Assembly: GCA_964443785.1 (NCBI GenBank)
Contig: CAYUER010000004.1
Span: 2,234 to 48,572 of the forward strand
DNA: 46,339 nt
Direction: 5' to 3'
Origin: an uncultured Gammaproteobacteria bacterium
GTDB taxonomy: Bacteria > Patescibacteriota > Patescibacteriia > UBA1558 > GWA2-36-10
Shown piece by piece: positions 15,382-24,953 of the stretch. The notes under the pieces were generated by a model. It was not told where the DNA came from, did not search any database, and worked only from the letters and a program-made list of their open reading frames with translations. The stretch's first letter is position 1, and each line of letters starts with the position of its first letter. A program made the translations under genes and the position numbers.

Positions 15382-15389
15382 AAAAAACT

Positions 15390-18300
15390 ATGAATCGTCG
15401 TTTGCTTGTCACTACACTATTATTATCTGGTCTTATTTTGACCTATTTTAATATTGCTGGCGCCGCCCCCTTGGCCGATAGGCTCAAGGGCTATATTTTA
15501 TTACAAGTACAGAGCCGGGGAGAGGCTTGGTATGTCATTCCCAGCGAATCAAAGAGAACTTACTTAGCTAATGGCCAGGTGGCATATAGCATCATGTCCA
15601 AATTGGGACTAGGTATTACTAATGCTAATTTACAAAAAATTCCAGTCGGCATTGATTCTCGGATAGTGGATATTGACAGCGATGGCGATGGCTTGGGCGA
15701 CAAACTTGAAGAGGGCTTAAAGACTAATCCCAATCACACCGATAGCGATGGTGATGGTTATGACGATTTTGATGAGGTCACTCATGATTATAGTCCCTTG
15801 GGTAAGGCAAAAAATGTTTATGACCAAGCTTTGGTCAATCGTTTGAAAGGAAAAATTTTGTTGCAAGTAGAGGAGAAGGGGCAGGCTTGGTATGTGCACC
15901 CAGTCAATGGCCGCCGTTATTACATGAAAGATGGTCCATCAGCTTATGAGATTATGCGTTTCTTATCTTTGGGTATTACTAACGCTGATTTGTCCCAAAT
16001 TGCTATCTCTAGTTTTAGTGCGGGCTTGCCAAATACAGTATCTGGTGATACTCAGGCACCCACTGCACCTAGTAATTTAACAGCCACAGCTAGCTCTACG
16101 CAGATTACTTTGAATTGGTCAGCGGCGACTGATAATATTGCCGTCACTCAATATCGGATTGAGCGCTCAACTAGCGCGAATTCCGGCTTTAATTTTTTAG
16201 CTACAGTAAATATCAGAAATTATATTAATACAGGGTTAGCGGCCAATACTACTTATTATTATCGTGTCCAAGCTGTGGATGCGGCTGGTAATATATCTGG
16301 CTATTCTAATGTAGCTAGTAGCCGGACTGCTCAGGCCGTTGTCGATACCCAGGCACCGACTGTGCCTAGCAATTTGATAGCCACAGCGACCTCTACTCAA
16401 ATTAGCTTAACTTGGGTAGCAGCGACTGATAACATTGCTGTGGTCAAGTATGAGATTGAGCGATCCACCTCAGCTAGCAGTGGTTTTGCTAATATTGTCA
16501 GTGTGACTAGTAATTCTTATATTAACACTGGTTTGAGCGCGAGTACTAGATATTATTATCGAGTGCGAGCACTAGATGCGGCCGGTAATGCTTCTAGCTA
16601 CTCTAGTATTGTCAATGCTACTACGGGAGCTCAATCAACAACACCACCGCCACCAGCTAGCGACACTCAGGCGCCGACTGCACCTAGCAATTTGACAGCG
16701 AGTTCTACAGCTACTCAGGTTGTTTTGAGTTGGTCAGCTTCTAGTGACAATATAGCAGTGACTGCCTATCGTGTTTTACGTTCCAGCACAAATGGTAGCG
16801 CCTATGTCCAGATAGCAAGCTTGGGCTCTAGTGTTTATAATTATACCGATAATAATTTATCAGCTGGTACTTATTATTATGTCGTGGTGGCAGTTGATGC
16901 AGCGGCCAATGTTTCGGCCAACTCTAATCAAGCTCAAGTAAATGTCATTGGCGAAATTGCTCCTGAGCAATATGTAAATATTGAGCAACCATATAGTGAT
17001 AAAATAGTTGTGGCTAGTATTGAGGCTCCAGAAAATACGAATTATTCTTGGTATAAAAACAACACTCTGCTTGAGAGTGGTTCCTCTGCTACTACTTTTT
17101 TAGCTCATTTTGATGGGGATTTGCTTAATAACAATGAAAATCCATTGCTACAGAGTGGCATCAGCTACGCTAGCGGTAAGTTTGGTCAAGGCATGAGGGG
17201 TAAGGCGCAATATCCGGTAGCCAATAATTTAAATTTTGACGAAGGAACAATAGAATTTTGGTTGACTCTAGACCAGCCTTTAAGTAGCGGTGTGTATAAT
17301 ACCGATCCTTATGTTTTTAACTACATTAATAGTAGTAATTATCAGAAGATAATGATGAACATAAAGGCTGATATCGGTGCCCTAGTTTTTACAGTACACA
17401 GTGGTAGCGCTGATGTTGACTGGAGTGAAGCCGTGCAGATAAATACTCTATACAATGACACTCCGGCCAATCAAGCATTTTTCGTGTCTATGACTTATTC
17501 CAAGTCTACCAATAAATCCAGCCTATATTTAAATGGTTTTAAAATAGCTCAAGATGACTTTTCTGGCTTTAATTTTGATCCAGCCAATAGTAATTTGATC
17601 ATTGGCAATAACTATGCAGTCATTGATGAATTTAGGATACTGAATAAATCTTTGTCAGCAGAACAAATTATGCATGATTATACTCGTGGCAAAGCATTTG
17701 AGTCGAATGAAGTGTATTATGCTGGCACCAAAAATAATAATGATAATTTGCAATTAAGTATTAATTTGGCGGGTGCTAATTATACAGCTAACGCCTTGGT
17801 AAAAAATCCAAAGATTACAAATATATCACCAGATGCTTATGTCTTGTCAAATCGTAGTAGCATCAATTTGAGTTTTAATTCTGTTAGCTCGGCTACTTGT
17901 CGTTATGGTAAACAGGCGGATAATTTTAGTGATTTACCATATGCAGTGAGTGGCAGTGGTACTAGCCATAGTATTAGCTATGTGGTGGGCAGCACAGTAT
18001 CTTCCCATGATTTTTATATCAAATGTCAATCCGACTCAGATGGAGATGACTATGCTTTTTATAGGCGCCTGAGAGTTTTGCCAAGCTTAGATAACAACTG
18101 GCCAAAAATGGGCGCTATTATTTGGGGTAATAATATTAGCAGTAGTGAGGTGACCACTTTAGCTAAGTATGATTTATTGAGTTTAGCCAAAGATAACATC
18201 TCTCGATCTAGCCTGTTAAATCAGATAAAATCGATCAATGAAAAATTGATATTACTACCCTATGTCAATGCTCCTGATAATAATATCAGCTATGGCATCA

Positions 18301-19328
18301 GTAGCTTTGCGCACTATGATTTTTACGAAAAATTATCTGATAGCTGGAGATTAAGAAATAAAGATGGTCAATATATCACCAATTTATATTTCCCCAATGT
18401 CATGAATTATAATTTGTTGACTAGCGTGCCTTGGGCAGAGACCTTGTCTCAGCATATAGAGGATACAATTATCAGTCGTGGTGATTGGGATGGAGTTTGG
18501 TATGATGTAGTAGATACAAATTTTTGGTGGATTTATGATTATCAACTAAATCGTTTTACTCAATATCCAGACTTTGATTTAGACGGAGTCAATGAGGATT
18601 TGAACAATACAGCTGATTATAATAAAGCTAGAAATATTTGGGCTGATGGCTTAGCTCAAATCATGACCCTAACCAGACAAGCAATGGGTCCGGATTCTAT
18701 CATCATTGGTAATAATGGCGACATCAATCCGCAGCTATATAATGGTAAAATGTGGGAGCGTTTTTTATACTATCATGACACCACTTTTTCTAATAATTTA
18801 TCAGCTTATTTGAGCATCAATAATAGTAATAGTTTTGCTTATTGGAATAGCAATACAGCCTCCCCTCATTTTAATTGGAACTTATTTGAAATGAATACTT
18901 TCACCAATTATCAGAGACATCGTTTGGGCTTGGCTGCCAGCTTGCTTGGTGGAGTGTATTACAACCCATCGAATCGCAATAATTATAGACAGCTTTATTG
19001 GTACGATGAATTTTGGGTGGATTGGAGCACCGGTGAAACTAGTAATACTGCTAGCAATGGCAGAGGTTATTTGGGTCAGCCAGTTAGCGAAGCTTATTCA
19101 ATCGGCACTGATCTCTGGCGTCGTGATTTTCAGCACGGCATCGTGGTAGTCAATAGCAGCGCCAGTTTAGCCAATATTAATTTGGGCGACACATTTAGAC
19201 ATATCAAGGGTTCGCAAGATGCCATTGCTAATTCTGGCCAATCAGTTTCAGAGCTGGCTCTACCAGCCTATGATGCTAGGATATTATTGACCACCAAGAC
19301 CAATGATCCTCTGATAAGTGTTCACTAA
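15390..19328 (+). CDS. giant secreted surface protein (1312 aa)
   Basis: Approximate domain order:
- Signal peptide, then the same repeat-TSP3-repeat N-terminal module as the upstream gene.
- Three FN3 repeats (DTQAPTAPSNLTA...YYYRV.A.DAAGN).
- A Laminin_G_3-type block (EGTIEFWLTL, LYLNGFKIAQ, IDEFRILNKSLSAEQI).
- A C-terminal ~400 aa with a GDWDGVWYDVVD motif reminiscent of GH114/GHL TIM barrels. This last assignment is a low-confidence guess. Confidence 0.85.
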   Translation: MNRRLLVTTLLLSGLILTYFNIAGAAPLADRLKGYILLQVQSRGEAWYVIPSESKRTYLANGQVAYSIMSKLGLGITNANLQKIPVGIDSRIVDIDSDGDGLGDKLEEGLKTNPNHTDSDGDGYDDFDEVTHDYSPLGKAKNVYDQALVNRLKGKILLQVEEKGQAWYVHPVNGRRYYMKDGPSAYEIMRFLSLGITNADLSQIAISSFSAGLPNTVSGDTQAPTAPSNLTATASSTQITLNWSAATDNIAVTQYRIERSTSANSGFNFLATVNIRNYINTGLAANTTYYYRVQAVDAAGNISGYSNVASSRTAQAVVDTQAPTVPSNLIATATSTQISLTWVAATDNIAVVKYEIERSTSASSGFANIVSVTSNSYINTGLSASTRYYYRVRALDAAGNASSYSSIVNATTGAQSTTPPPPASDTQAPTAPSNLTASSTATQVVLSWSASSDNIAVTAYRVLRSSTNGSAYVQIASLGSSVYNYTDNNLSAGTYYYVVVAVDAAANVSANSNQAQVNVIGEIAPEQYVNIEQPYSDKIVVASIEAPENTNYSWYKNNTLLESGSSATTFLAHFDGDLLNNNENPLLQSGISYASGKFGQGMRGKAQYPVANNLNFDEGTIEFWLTLDQPLSSGVYNTDPYVFNYINSSNYQKIMMNIKADIGALVFTVHSGSADVDWSEAVQINTLYNDTPANQAFFVSMTYSKSTNKSSLYLNGFKIAQDDFSGFNFDPANSNLIIGNNYAVIDEFRILNKSLSAEQIMHDYTRGKAFESNEVYYAGTKNNNDNLQLSINLAGANYTANALVKNPKITNISPDAYVLSNRSSINLSFNSVSSATCRYGKQADNFSDLPYAVSGSGTSHSISYVVGSTVSSHDFYIKCQSDSDGDDYAFYRRLRVLPSLDNNWPKMGAIIWGNNISSSEVTTLAKYDLLSLAKDNISRSSLLNQIKSINEKLILLPYVNAPDNNISYGISSFAHYDFYEKLSDSWRLRNKDGQYITNLYFPNVMNYNLLTSVPWAETLSQHIEDTIISRGDWDGVWYDVVDTNFWWIYDYQLNRFTQYPDFDLDGVNEDLNNTADYNKARNIWADGLAQIMTLTRQAMGPDSIIIGNNGDINPQLYNGKMWERFLYYHDTTFSNNLSAYLSINNSNSFAYWNSNTASPHFNWNLFEMNTFTNYQRHRLGLAASLLGGVYYNPSNRNNYRQLYWYDEFWVDWSTGETSNTASNGRGYLGQPVSEAYSIGTDLWRRDFQHGIVVVNSSASLANINLGDTFRHIKGSQDAIANSGQSVSELALPAYDARILLTTKTNDPLISVH

Positions 19329-19340
19329 TTTATTAAATTA

Positions 19341-19376
19341 AAACACCCAGCCCTTCGCGAAGGGCTGGGTGTTTTT
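19341..19376. terminator. bidirectional intrinsic terminator between convergent genes
   Basis: CACCCAGCCCTT-CGCG-AAGGGCTGGGTG, a perfect 12-bp stem (19344-19355 pairs 19360-19371). It is flanked by an A-run on the 5' side and a T-run on the 3' side. Confidence 0.85.
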
Positions 19377-19388
19377 TGTATGGTATTT

Positions 19389-21434
19389 TTACATCATAGC
19401 AATCAAGAGGAGGGCTACGATATTCAAAATTTTGATCATGGGGTTGATAGCCGGACCAGCAGTATCCTTGTAGGGATCGCCGACTGTGTCACCAGTGACG
19501 GCGGCCTTGTGAGCATCAGAGCCCTTGCCACCGTGGTGTCCGCTCTCAATGTATTTTTTGGCGTTGTCCCAGGCACCGCCACCAGAGGTCATAGAGATAG
19601 CGACAAATAGACCAGTGATGATACTACCGACGAGTAAGCCTCCCAAGACAGTGAAGCCATTGGCACCAAAAGCCACTTTGATGATGACTGGCACCAAGAC
19701 GGGGATCAAAGCTGGTACAATCATTTGCTTCAAAGCACCCTTGGTCACGATATCGACCGCTGCACCATAGTCTGGCTTTTCACTACCATCCATGATACCG
19801 GGTTTAGCTTTGAATTGACGACGCACTTCTTTGACGACATAGCCAGCAGTCTTACCCACAGCTTCCATGGATAGAGCACCAAAAATATATGGCAATAATC
19901 CACCGATGAATAAGCCGGTCAAGACATAGGGGTCATCCAATTTAAATATGATATTGAGCCCAATATTTTCTAAGTCCTTGGTATAGGCTGCAAACAAAAC
20001 TAAGGCTGCTAATCCAGCAGAAGCAATAGCATAACCCTTGGTCACAGCTTTGGTGGTGTTGCCGACAGCATCGAGAGGGTCAGTGACAGAGCGAACGCTC
20101 TCTGGTAGGCCAGCCATTTCAGCAATGCCACCAGCGTTGTCAGTGATTGGTCCATAGGCATCGATAGTGACGATGATGCCAGCTAGCGATAACATGCTCA
20201 TAGCAGCCACAGCGATGCCGTATAGACCAGCAAAGCTATAAGCAGCGATGATACCAGCGACAATGACCAAGACTGGCCAAGCAGTGGATTTCATGCTGAT
20301 AGCTAATCCTTGAATCACATTGGTGCCGTGACCAGTTTCTGAGGCAGCGGCGATTGATTTGACGGGCTTGTATTTGGTAGAGGTGTAATACTCAGTGATG
20401 AATACAATCAGACCAGTCACTACTAGACCCACTATACTAGAGTAAAAAATTTCTAAATAACTTTTGTAGACCAAATCAGACATGAGCTCTTTGGTGATAA
20501 AGTAAAAAGAAATGACAGTCAATCCACCGGCCACCAAAAGACCTCGGTAGAGAGCCTTCATGATAGAGCCGTTTTTTTCTACATCAGCGACACTTTCTTT
20601 TTTGTTTATTTTGATAAACCATAAAGAAATCAAAGAGGTGACTATAGCTACAGCACCCAAAGCCAAAGGATAAATCACAGCGTTTTCTAGGGCTTGACCA
20701 CTAGCATCTTTGAAAGATAGGGCGCCCAAAAGCATCGTCGCTACTAGAGTGACAGCGTAGGTCTCAAATAAGTCAGCAGCCATACCAGCGCAATCACCGA
20801 CATTGTCACCGACATTGTCAGCAATGACAGCTGGGTTGCGAGGATCATCTTCAGGGATACCAGCTTCGACTTTGCCGACCAAGTCAGCGCCGACATCAGC
20901 TGCTTTAGTGAAGATACCGCCACCCAGTCTAGCAAAGACTGAGATCAAGCTACCACCAAAACCCAATCCCACTAGATGAGGGACAGTGATAAATGGTAAG
21001 ACATAAAGTATAGCTACACCAAAGAGAGCGAGACCCACTACTAGCATACCAGTCACTGAGCCACCCAAGACAGCCATACGCATGGCTGATTGGATATCTT
21101 TTTTGGCGGCTTCAGTAGTGCGGACATTGGTACGAACTGAGACATTCATGCCGATGATGCCAGCGGCAGCTGATAAGATAGCACCGACAATAAAGGCCAA
21201 AGCTGTGCCAAAATCAATGGCTACCCACAATATAATAAATAGAGCAGCCGCTAGATAGGCAATAGTTTTGTACTGTCTGATTAGATAAGCTTTGGCTCCT
21301 TCTTGGATAGCCTTGGCAATTTCTTTCATTTTGTCATCACCAGCTGGACTTTTTAAAATACGAGTAATCATCCAAGCACCAAAACCGATGGACAATAGAG
21401 AAGCTAAAATAGTAAGTAATTTAATTGTTCCCAT
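19389..21434 (-). CDS. hppA: membrane-bound H+-translocating pyrophosphatase, K+-independent type
   Basis: 681 aa polytopic protein with [20 protein letters not shown] and [13 protein letters not shown] motifs. GNTTKA (Lys rather than Ala) is the established marker of K+-independent PPases. Confidence 0.9.
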   Translation of the reverse strand: MGTIKLLTILASLLSIGFGAWMITRILKSPAGDDKMKEIAKAIQEGAKAYLIRQYKTIAYLAAALFIILWVAIDFGTALAFIVGAILSAAAGIIGMNVSVRTNVRTTEAAKKDIQSAMRMAVLGGSVTGMLVVGLALFGVAILYVLPFITVPHLVGLGFGGSLISVFARLGGGIFTKAADVGADLVGKVEAGIPEDDPRNPAVIADNVGDNVGDCAGMAADLFETYAVTLVATMLLGALSFKDASGQALENAVIYPLALGAVAIVTSLISLWFIKINKKESVADVEKNGSIMKALYRGLLVAGGLTVISFYFITKELMSDLVYKSYLEIFYSSIVGLVVTGLIVFITEYYTSTKYKPVKSIAAASETGHGTNVIQGLAISMKSTAWPVLVIVAGIIAAYSFAGLYGIAVAAMSMLSLAGIIVTIDAYGPITDNAGGIAEMAGLPESVRSVTDPLDAVGNTTKAVTKGYAIASAGLAALVLFAAYTKDLENIGLNIIFKLDDPYVLTGLFIGGLLPYIFGALSMEAVGKTAGYVVKEVRRQFKAKPGIMDGSEKPDYGAAVDIVTKGALKQMIVPALIPVLVPVIIKVAFGANGFTVLGGLLVGSIITGLFVAISMTSGGGAWDNAKKYIESGHHGGKGSDAHKAAVTGDTVGDPYKDTAGPAINPMIKILNIVALLLIAMM

Positions 21435-21469
21435 ATTTTTTTAGTTTAGTTAAATATTATTTTAGAAAT

Positions 21470-22729
21470 TTATTTTTTAGCACTTTTCTTTTTGCTAGTT
21501 TTTTTGCCTTCCTCTTCCTTTGCAGTATCTTCTTCTTCGTTATTTTCTGCTTCGGTCTCAGCTATTTGCTCGGTAGCTTCTTGAGGAGCTTCTTTTGCTG
21601 GACTATTGGGAGACATGATGTCTATTTTCCAGCCAGTGAGCTTGGCAGCTAGTCGAGCATTTTGTCCGCCGCGGCCGATAGCTAGCGAGAGTTGGTCATC
21701 ATTGACAATTACTTTGGCAGTTTTGTTGTCTTCGTCAATTTCTATTTTACTGATATTAGCAGGGCTCAAGGCATTAGCGATAAAAGTTTTGGGGTCGTTG
21801 TTCCAGTGGATGATATCTATTTTTTCACCACCTAGTTCATTGATGACTGTCTGGACTCTAGCACCACGCTGACCAACACAGGAGCCGATAGGATCGATAT
21901 TTTCTTCGCTAGTATAGACAGCGATCTTAGTGCGAGCGCCAGCTTCACGAGCAATCGATTTTATCTCGACAGTGCCAGCAGCAATTTCTGGTACTTCGGT
22001 TGCAAACAATTCTTTGACTATTTCAGGATGAGTGCGTGATAAGATTATTTCTGGTCCTTTGGTGCCCATGCGTACAGCAGAGATAAAGAAATTGAGGCGA
22101 GTGCCGATATTGTAGCCTTCGCTACGGATCTGCTCTTCGGGTGGTAGGATACCACTGGCTTGGCCTAGGTCGACAATAAAACGGCGACCCTCGCGTCTTT
22201 GGATGGTACCTAGAGTGAGCTGACCTTCCTTATCCTTGTATTCACTGAAGATGTGATCTCTCTCGGCTTCTCTCAAGCGTTGGATGATCACTTGTTTGGC
22301 AGTTTGGGCAGCCATGCGACCATATTCTTCGGGGACAGGCAGCTTGGTTTCGATCACGTCGCCAATCTTGTAGTCACTATTGATGGCTTGAGCTTCGGAG
22401 ATCATGATTTCAGCGCGAGGATTAAATTTTTTAATCATTTCTTCTTCACTGATTTCTTCGCCTGCTTCTTTGCGAGCATGCATTTCTTCAAGCTGCTTTT
22501 CTTGCTCTTCTAGGTCGACATTTTCGACTACAGTTTTTACGTCAAAAACTGCTGTTTGACCATTGTCAGCATTGAAGACTACTTTGATATTTTGATTAGG
22601 GGTGCCGTATTCTTTGCGGTAGGCTGCAGCCAAGGCCGCTTCAATGGCACCGATGACTGCCTCAGTCGACAGGTTTTTTTCTTGGCAAACCTGCTTGATG
22701 GCAGCTAGCATCGTGTTGTTAGTGGACAT
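21470..22729 (-). CDS. nusA: transcription termination/antitermination factor NusA
   Basis: N-terminal NusA domain, an S1 domain and two KH domains (GSCVGQRGARVQ, AIGRGGQNARLA), plus a charged E/K-rich C-terminal tail. Confidence 0.9.
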   Translation of the reverse strand: MSTNNTMLAAIKQVCQEKNLSTEAVIGAIEAALAAAYRKEYGTPNQNIKVVFNADNGQTAVFDVKTVVENVDLEEQEKQLEEMHARKEAGEEISEEEMIKKFNPRAEIMISEAQAINSDYKIGDVIETKLPVPEEYGRMAAQTAKQVIIQRLREAERDHIFSEYKDKEGQLTLGTIQRREGRRFIVDLGQASGILPPEEQIRSEGYNIGTRLNFFISAVRMGTKGPEIILSRTHPEIVKELFATEVPEIAAGTVEIKSIAREAGARTKIAVYTSEENIDPIGSCVGQRGARVQTVINELGGEKIDIIHWNNDPKTFIANALSPANISKIEIDEDNKTAKVIVNDDQLSLAIGRGGQNARLAAKLTGWKIDIMSPNSPAKEAPQEATEQIAETEAENNEEEDTAKEEEGKKTSKKKSAKK

Positions 22730-22814
22730 GATGTAGATTTAACTTATAAAAATAAGCTAGTCTATCATCTAAACTAGCTTAACAAACATATTCTACGGTA
22801 TTTTGGCAGATTAG

Positions 22815-23153
22815 TCAATAGTCATTGATAGGGAAGCGTTTTATTTTGGCGGTGTTTTGCTGTAGATAAATGACCATAATTTCTAATTGCCAATCAGCCC
22901 AAGGAGCAAAGAGGTAGCTACTTTTGGCCATTTTTTTGATTTTAGTACGGTTGATCATTTCTTCAGCATAGCCATAGCGGTGATTGCGGCGAGTTTTGAC
23001 TTCAATACCATAGAGCAGACCATCTTTACTCATGATCAAATCAAGTTCGCCGTAGCGAGTCAGATAATTTTTGGTTAAAAATTCAAAACCACGATCAAGA
23101 TAATATTTGAGCGCAATTTTTTCTCCCAGAGTGCCTAGGGATTTTTTGGACAT
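22815..23153 (-). CDS. yraN: YraN-family (UPF0102) endonuclease-like protein
   Basis: 112 aa: GE..A..YL...G......N......GELDLI......L..IEVKTR pattern. Confidence 0.75.
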   Translation of the reverse strand: MSKKSLGTLGEKIALKYYLDRGFEFLTKNYLTRYGELDLIMSKDGLLYGIEVKTRRNHRYGYAEEMINRTKIKKMAKSSYLFAPWADWQLEIMVIYLQQNTAKIKRFPINDY

Positions 23154-23197
23154 AAAAACAGACTCTTAGCCTGTTTTTATTTTTGAGTAGGATAAAC

Positions 23198-23608
23198 TTA
23201 TTTTTTAGCTTTTGGTAGCCACTTATTAAACTCTACATTTTCTTCTCTTTGTTTTTTTAGTTGGGGCAAGGTGCGGAAATAGTAAATAGTCAAATAGCCA
23301 AACCAAGCTAGAGTGCCCAAGAGCCAGAGTAGTAGCCACAATCTTGAGCCTAGGTATAGAGCCCTAGTCTCTCTAAAAAATATAAAAAGCAAACCAACTA
23401 TACCAGTACTCCAAGCAAAGCTAGTAATTTTTTTGTAAAAAGGTTTTTTAAAACCAGGGTTTTTACTGAGTCTTTTTTGAGCCCAAACAGCCAGAATAAT
23501 AAGTAACACCACTAAGCCATATAGACCTACGCGAAAAGGCACAGATAGTGTTTCGACAGTGTAGGGGCGCATTAAATAAGACCAGTCAAATAATTTTGTT
23601 AGATCCAT
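23198..23608 (-). CDS. hypothetical membrane protein (136 aa, about 3 TM)
   Basis: Hydrophobic segments, a basic C-terminus, and a terminator hairpin at about 23155-23185. Confidence 0.5.
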   Translation of the reverse strand: MDLTKLFDWSYLMRPYTVETLSVPFRVGLYGLVVLLIILAVWAQKRLSKNPGFKKPFYKKITSFAWSTGIVGLLFIFFRETRALYLGSRLWLLLWLLGTLAWFGYLTIYYFRTLPQLKKQREENVEFNKWLPKAKK

Positions 23609-23671
23609 AATATTGATTTATATGAGATATGTTAGATAATTTAGCAAATAAAGTCAATCCCATTGTAAAAT

Positions 23672-23697
23672 AAAAAACCCCCAAAGCCACAGGGGGT
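23672..23697 (-). terminator. intrinsic terminator of the methyltransferase gene
   Basis: Minus strand reads CCCCC-TGTGGCTTT-GGGGG followed by TTTTTTA. Confidence 0.6.
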
Positions 23698-23705
23698 GTC
23701 AAACT

Positions 23706-24311
23706 TTATTTTTTGATAAAAATCAAGCCAAAGTGGTATGGCCCAGCCTTAAATTGTTGCACTAGCTCTAGACTGAGTTGATTGGCAATATCTATTATTT
23801 TGTTGGGTTGGGCCAATCTTTCTTTGGCTGGTCCAAAGGACAGATCATTATCCGCCCAATCAATGACTAGCAGTTTGGCTCCGGCTTTTAACAAACGAGT
23901 AGCCTCTGATAGTATTTCAAAATGTTTTTGGGATTGATACAAGACATTGACCAAGATAGCGGCGTCGAGGCTTTGATTGTTGATCTTGGTTGCGCCAATA
24001 ATTTCTAAATTGCTCCAGACGGTTTTGATATTATTGAGACCAGATATTCTCGCTTTGGACTCTAGCTCTGATAAGATATTTTTGACAACATCGACAGCAT
24101 AGACTTGGCCTTGGTCGCCGACTAGTCGAGCAGCCTGCAATAAAAATAAACCACCACCAGCTCCTAGGTCGCCGACCATGTCGCCTTTTTTGAGCTGCAA
24201 AAAATCAGTCAATATTTTTCCAGCATCCATCAACTCACTTTTTCCACCAACATTTTTGGGTGAAAAATTTTGCTTAGTGCTTGGTGTTTGTGTTTGGAGT
24301 AATTGGTCCAT
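23706..24311 (-). CDS. class I SAM-dependent methyltransferase
   Basis: Motif I VGDLGAGGG and a typical Rossmann-fold layout. ATG at 24311 (MDQLLQ) is preferred over the TTG at 24356. Confidence 0.7.
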   Translation of the reverse strand: MDQLLQTQTPSTKQNFSPKNVGGKSELMDAGKILTDFLQLKKGDMVGDLGAGGGLFLLQAARLVGDQGQVYAVDVVKNILSELESKARISGLNNIKTVWSNLEIIGATKINNQSLDAAILVNVLYQSQKHFEILSEATRLLKAGAKLLVIDWADNDLSFGPAKERLAQPNKIIDIANQLSLELVQQFKAGPYHFGLIFIKK

Positions 24312-24378
24312 ATTTTTTCTATCTTTATTATACCAGAAAATATGATTATCCGCCAAGGGTTTTTTTTGTTTTCTATAG

Positions 24379-24407
24379 TTGACTTTTATGATTAATTCAG
24401 TTATAAT
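24379..24407 (+). promoter_or_regulatory. sigma70-type promoter of tRNA-Glu
   Basis: TTGACT (24379-24384), a 17-nt spacer, then TATAAT (24402-24407), about 22 nt before the tRNA 5' end. Confidence 0.65.
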
Positions 24408-24429
24408 CTGCTCTGTATTTTATGTTTTT

Positions 24430-24504
24430 GGCCCTATCGTCTAATGGTTAGGACACCAGGTTTTCATCCTGGCAATCGGGGTTCGATTCCCCGTGGGGTC
24501 ACCA
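24430..24504 (+). tRNA. tRNA-Glu (anticodon UUC), CCA encoded
   Basis: Manual cloverleaf:
- acceptor GGCCCTA/TGGGGTC
- D stem GTCT/GGAC
- anticodon stem CCAGG/CCTGG with loop TTTTCAT
- T arm CGGGG-TTCGATT-CCCCG
- discriminator A followed by CCA. Confidence 0.9.
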
Positions 24505-24572
24505 GACCAGCAATAAGCAATAAAATAATTGAAGGAACAGCCAAGATAGGTTGTTTTTTATTTATTTTTTCA

Positions 24573-24601
24573 TTGACACTTTGGTCAAATGATGTTAGTA
24601 T
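24573..24601 (+). promoter_or_regulatory. sigma70-type promoter of the cold-shock gene, giving a ~120-nt leader
   Basis: TTGACA (24573-24578), a 17-nt spacer, then TGtTAGTAT (-10 box at 24596-24601). A long 5' UTR is typical of csp genes. Confidence 0.55.
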
Positions 24602-24728
24602 CATGGTCAAGTGATTGCTTGGTAGATTTGGTAAAAATTGAGCAAAGCACCACTTATGCATGCACTAGCGGAAATATAGTCGAATTTCTAGCTTATATAT
24701 GCTTTAATTCACTATTATTTCTAAAATT

Positions 24729-24929
24729 ATGCAAGGCAAAATCAAGAAATTAGTAAATGATAAACATTTTGGTTTTATCACCCCAGAGGACGGCAGTAAA
24801 GATTTATTTTTTCACGCCAATGAATTGAGCGGAGTTTCCTTCGATCAATTGCACGAAGGTGATACTGTCAGTTTTGAAGTTACTGACACTCCAAAAGGAC
24901 CAGCTGCTGTTAAAGTCAGCTTAGTCTAA
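24729..24929 (+). CDS. cspA: cold-shock domain protein
   Basis: 66 aa with RNP1-like KHFGFI and RNP2-like LFFHA motifs. Confidence 0.9.
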   Translation: MQGKIKKLVNDKHFGFITPEDGSKDLFFHANELSGVSFDQLHEGDTVSFEVTDTPKGPAAVKVSLV

Positions 24930-24953
24930 TATCTCTTAGATAATAAGACATTT

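Noticed and set aside
19380-19770. Plus-strand ORFs antisense to hppA, and similar antisense ORFs inside ftsH, rpsA, gyrA, pilB, valS and the giant genes
   Set aside because: They lie entirely within well-supported conserved genes on the opposite strand and have no independent signals.
21470-22729. nusA lacking its usual rimP and infB neighbours as a sign of rearrangement
   Set aside because: Operon shuffling of this kind is common in reduced genomes. No sequence evidence of a recent event is visible.
24464-24661. Minus-strand 65-aa ORF
   Set aside because: It overlaps the tRNA-Glu gene and the csp promoter/leader. It is spurious.
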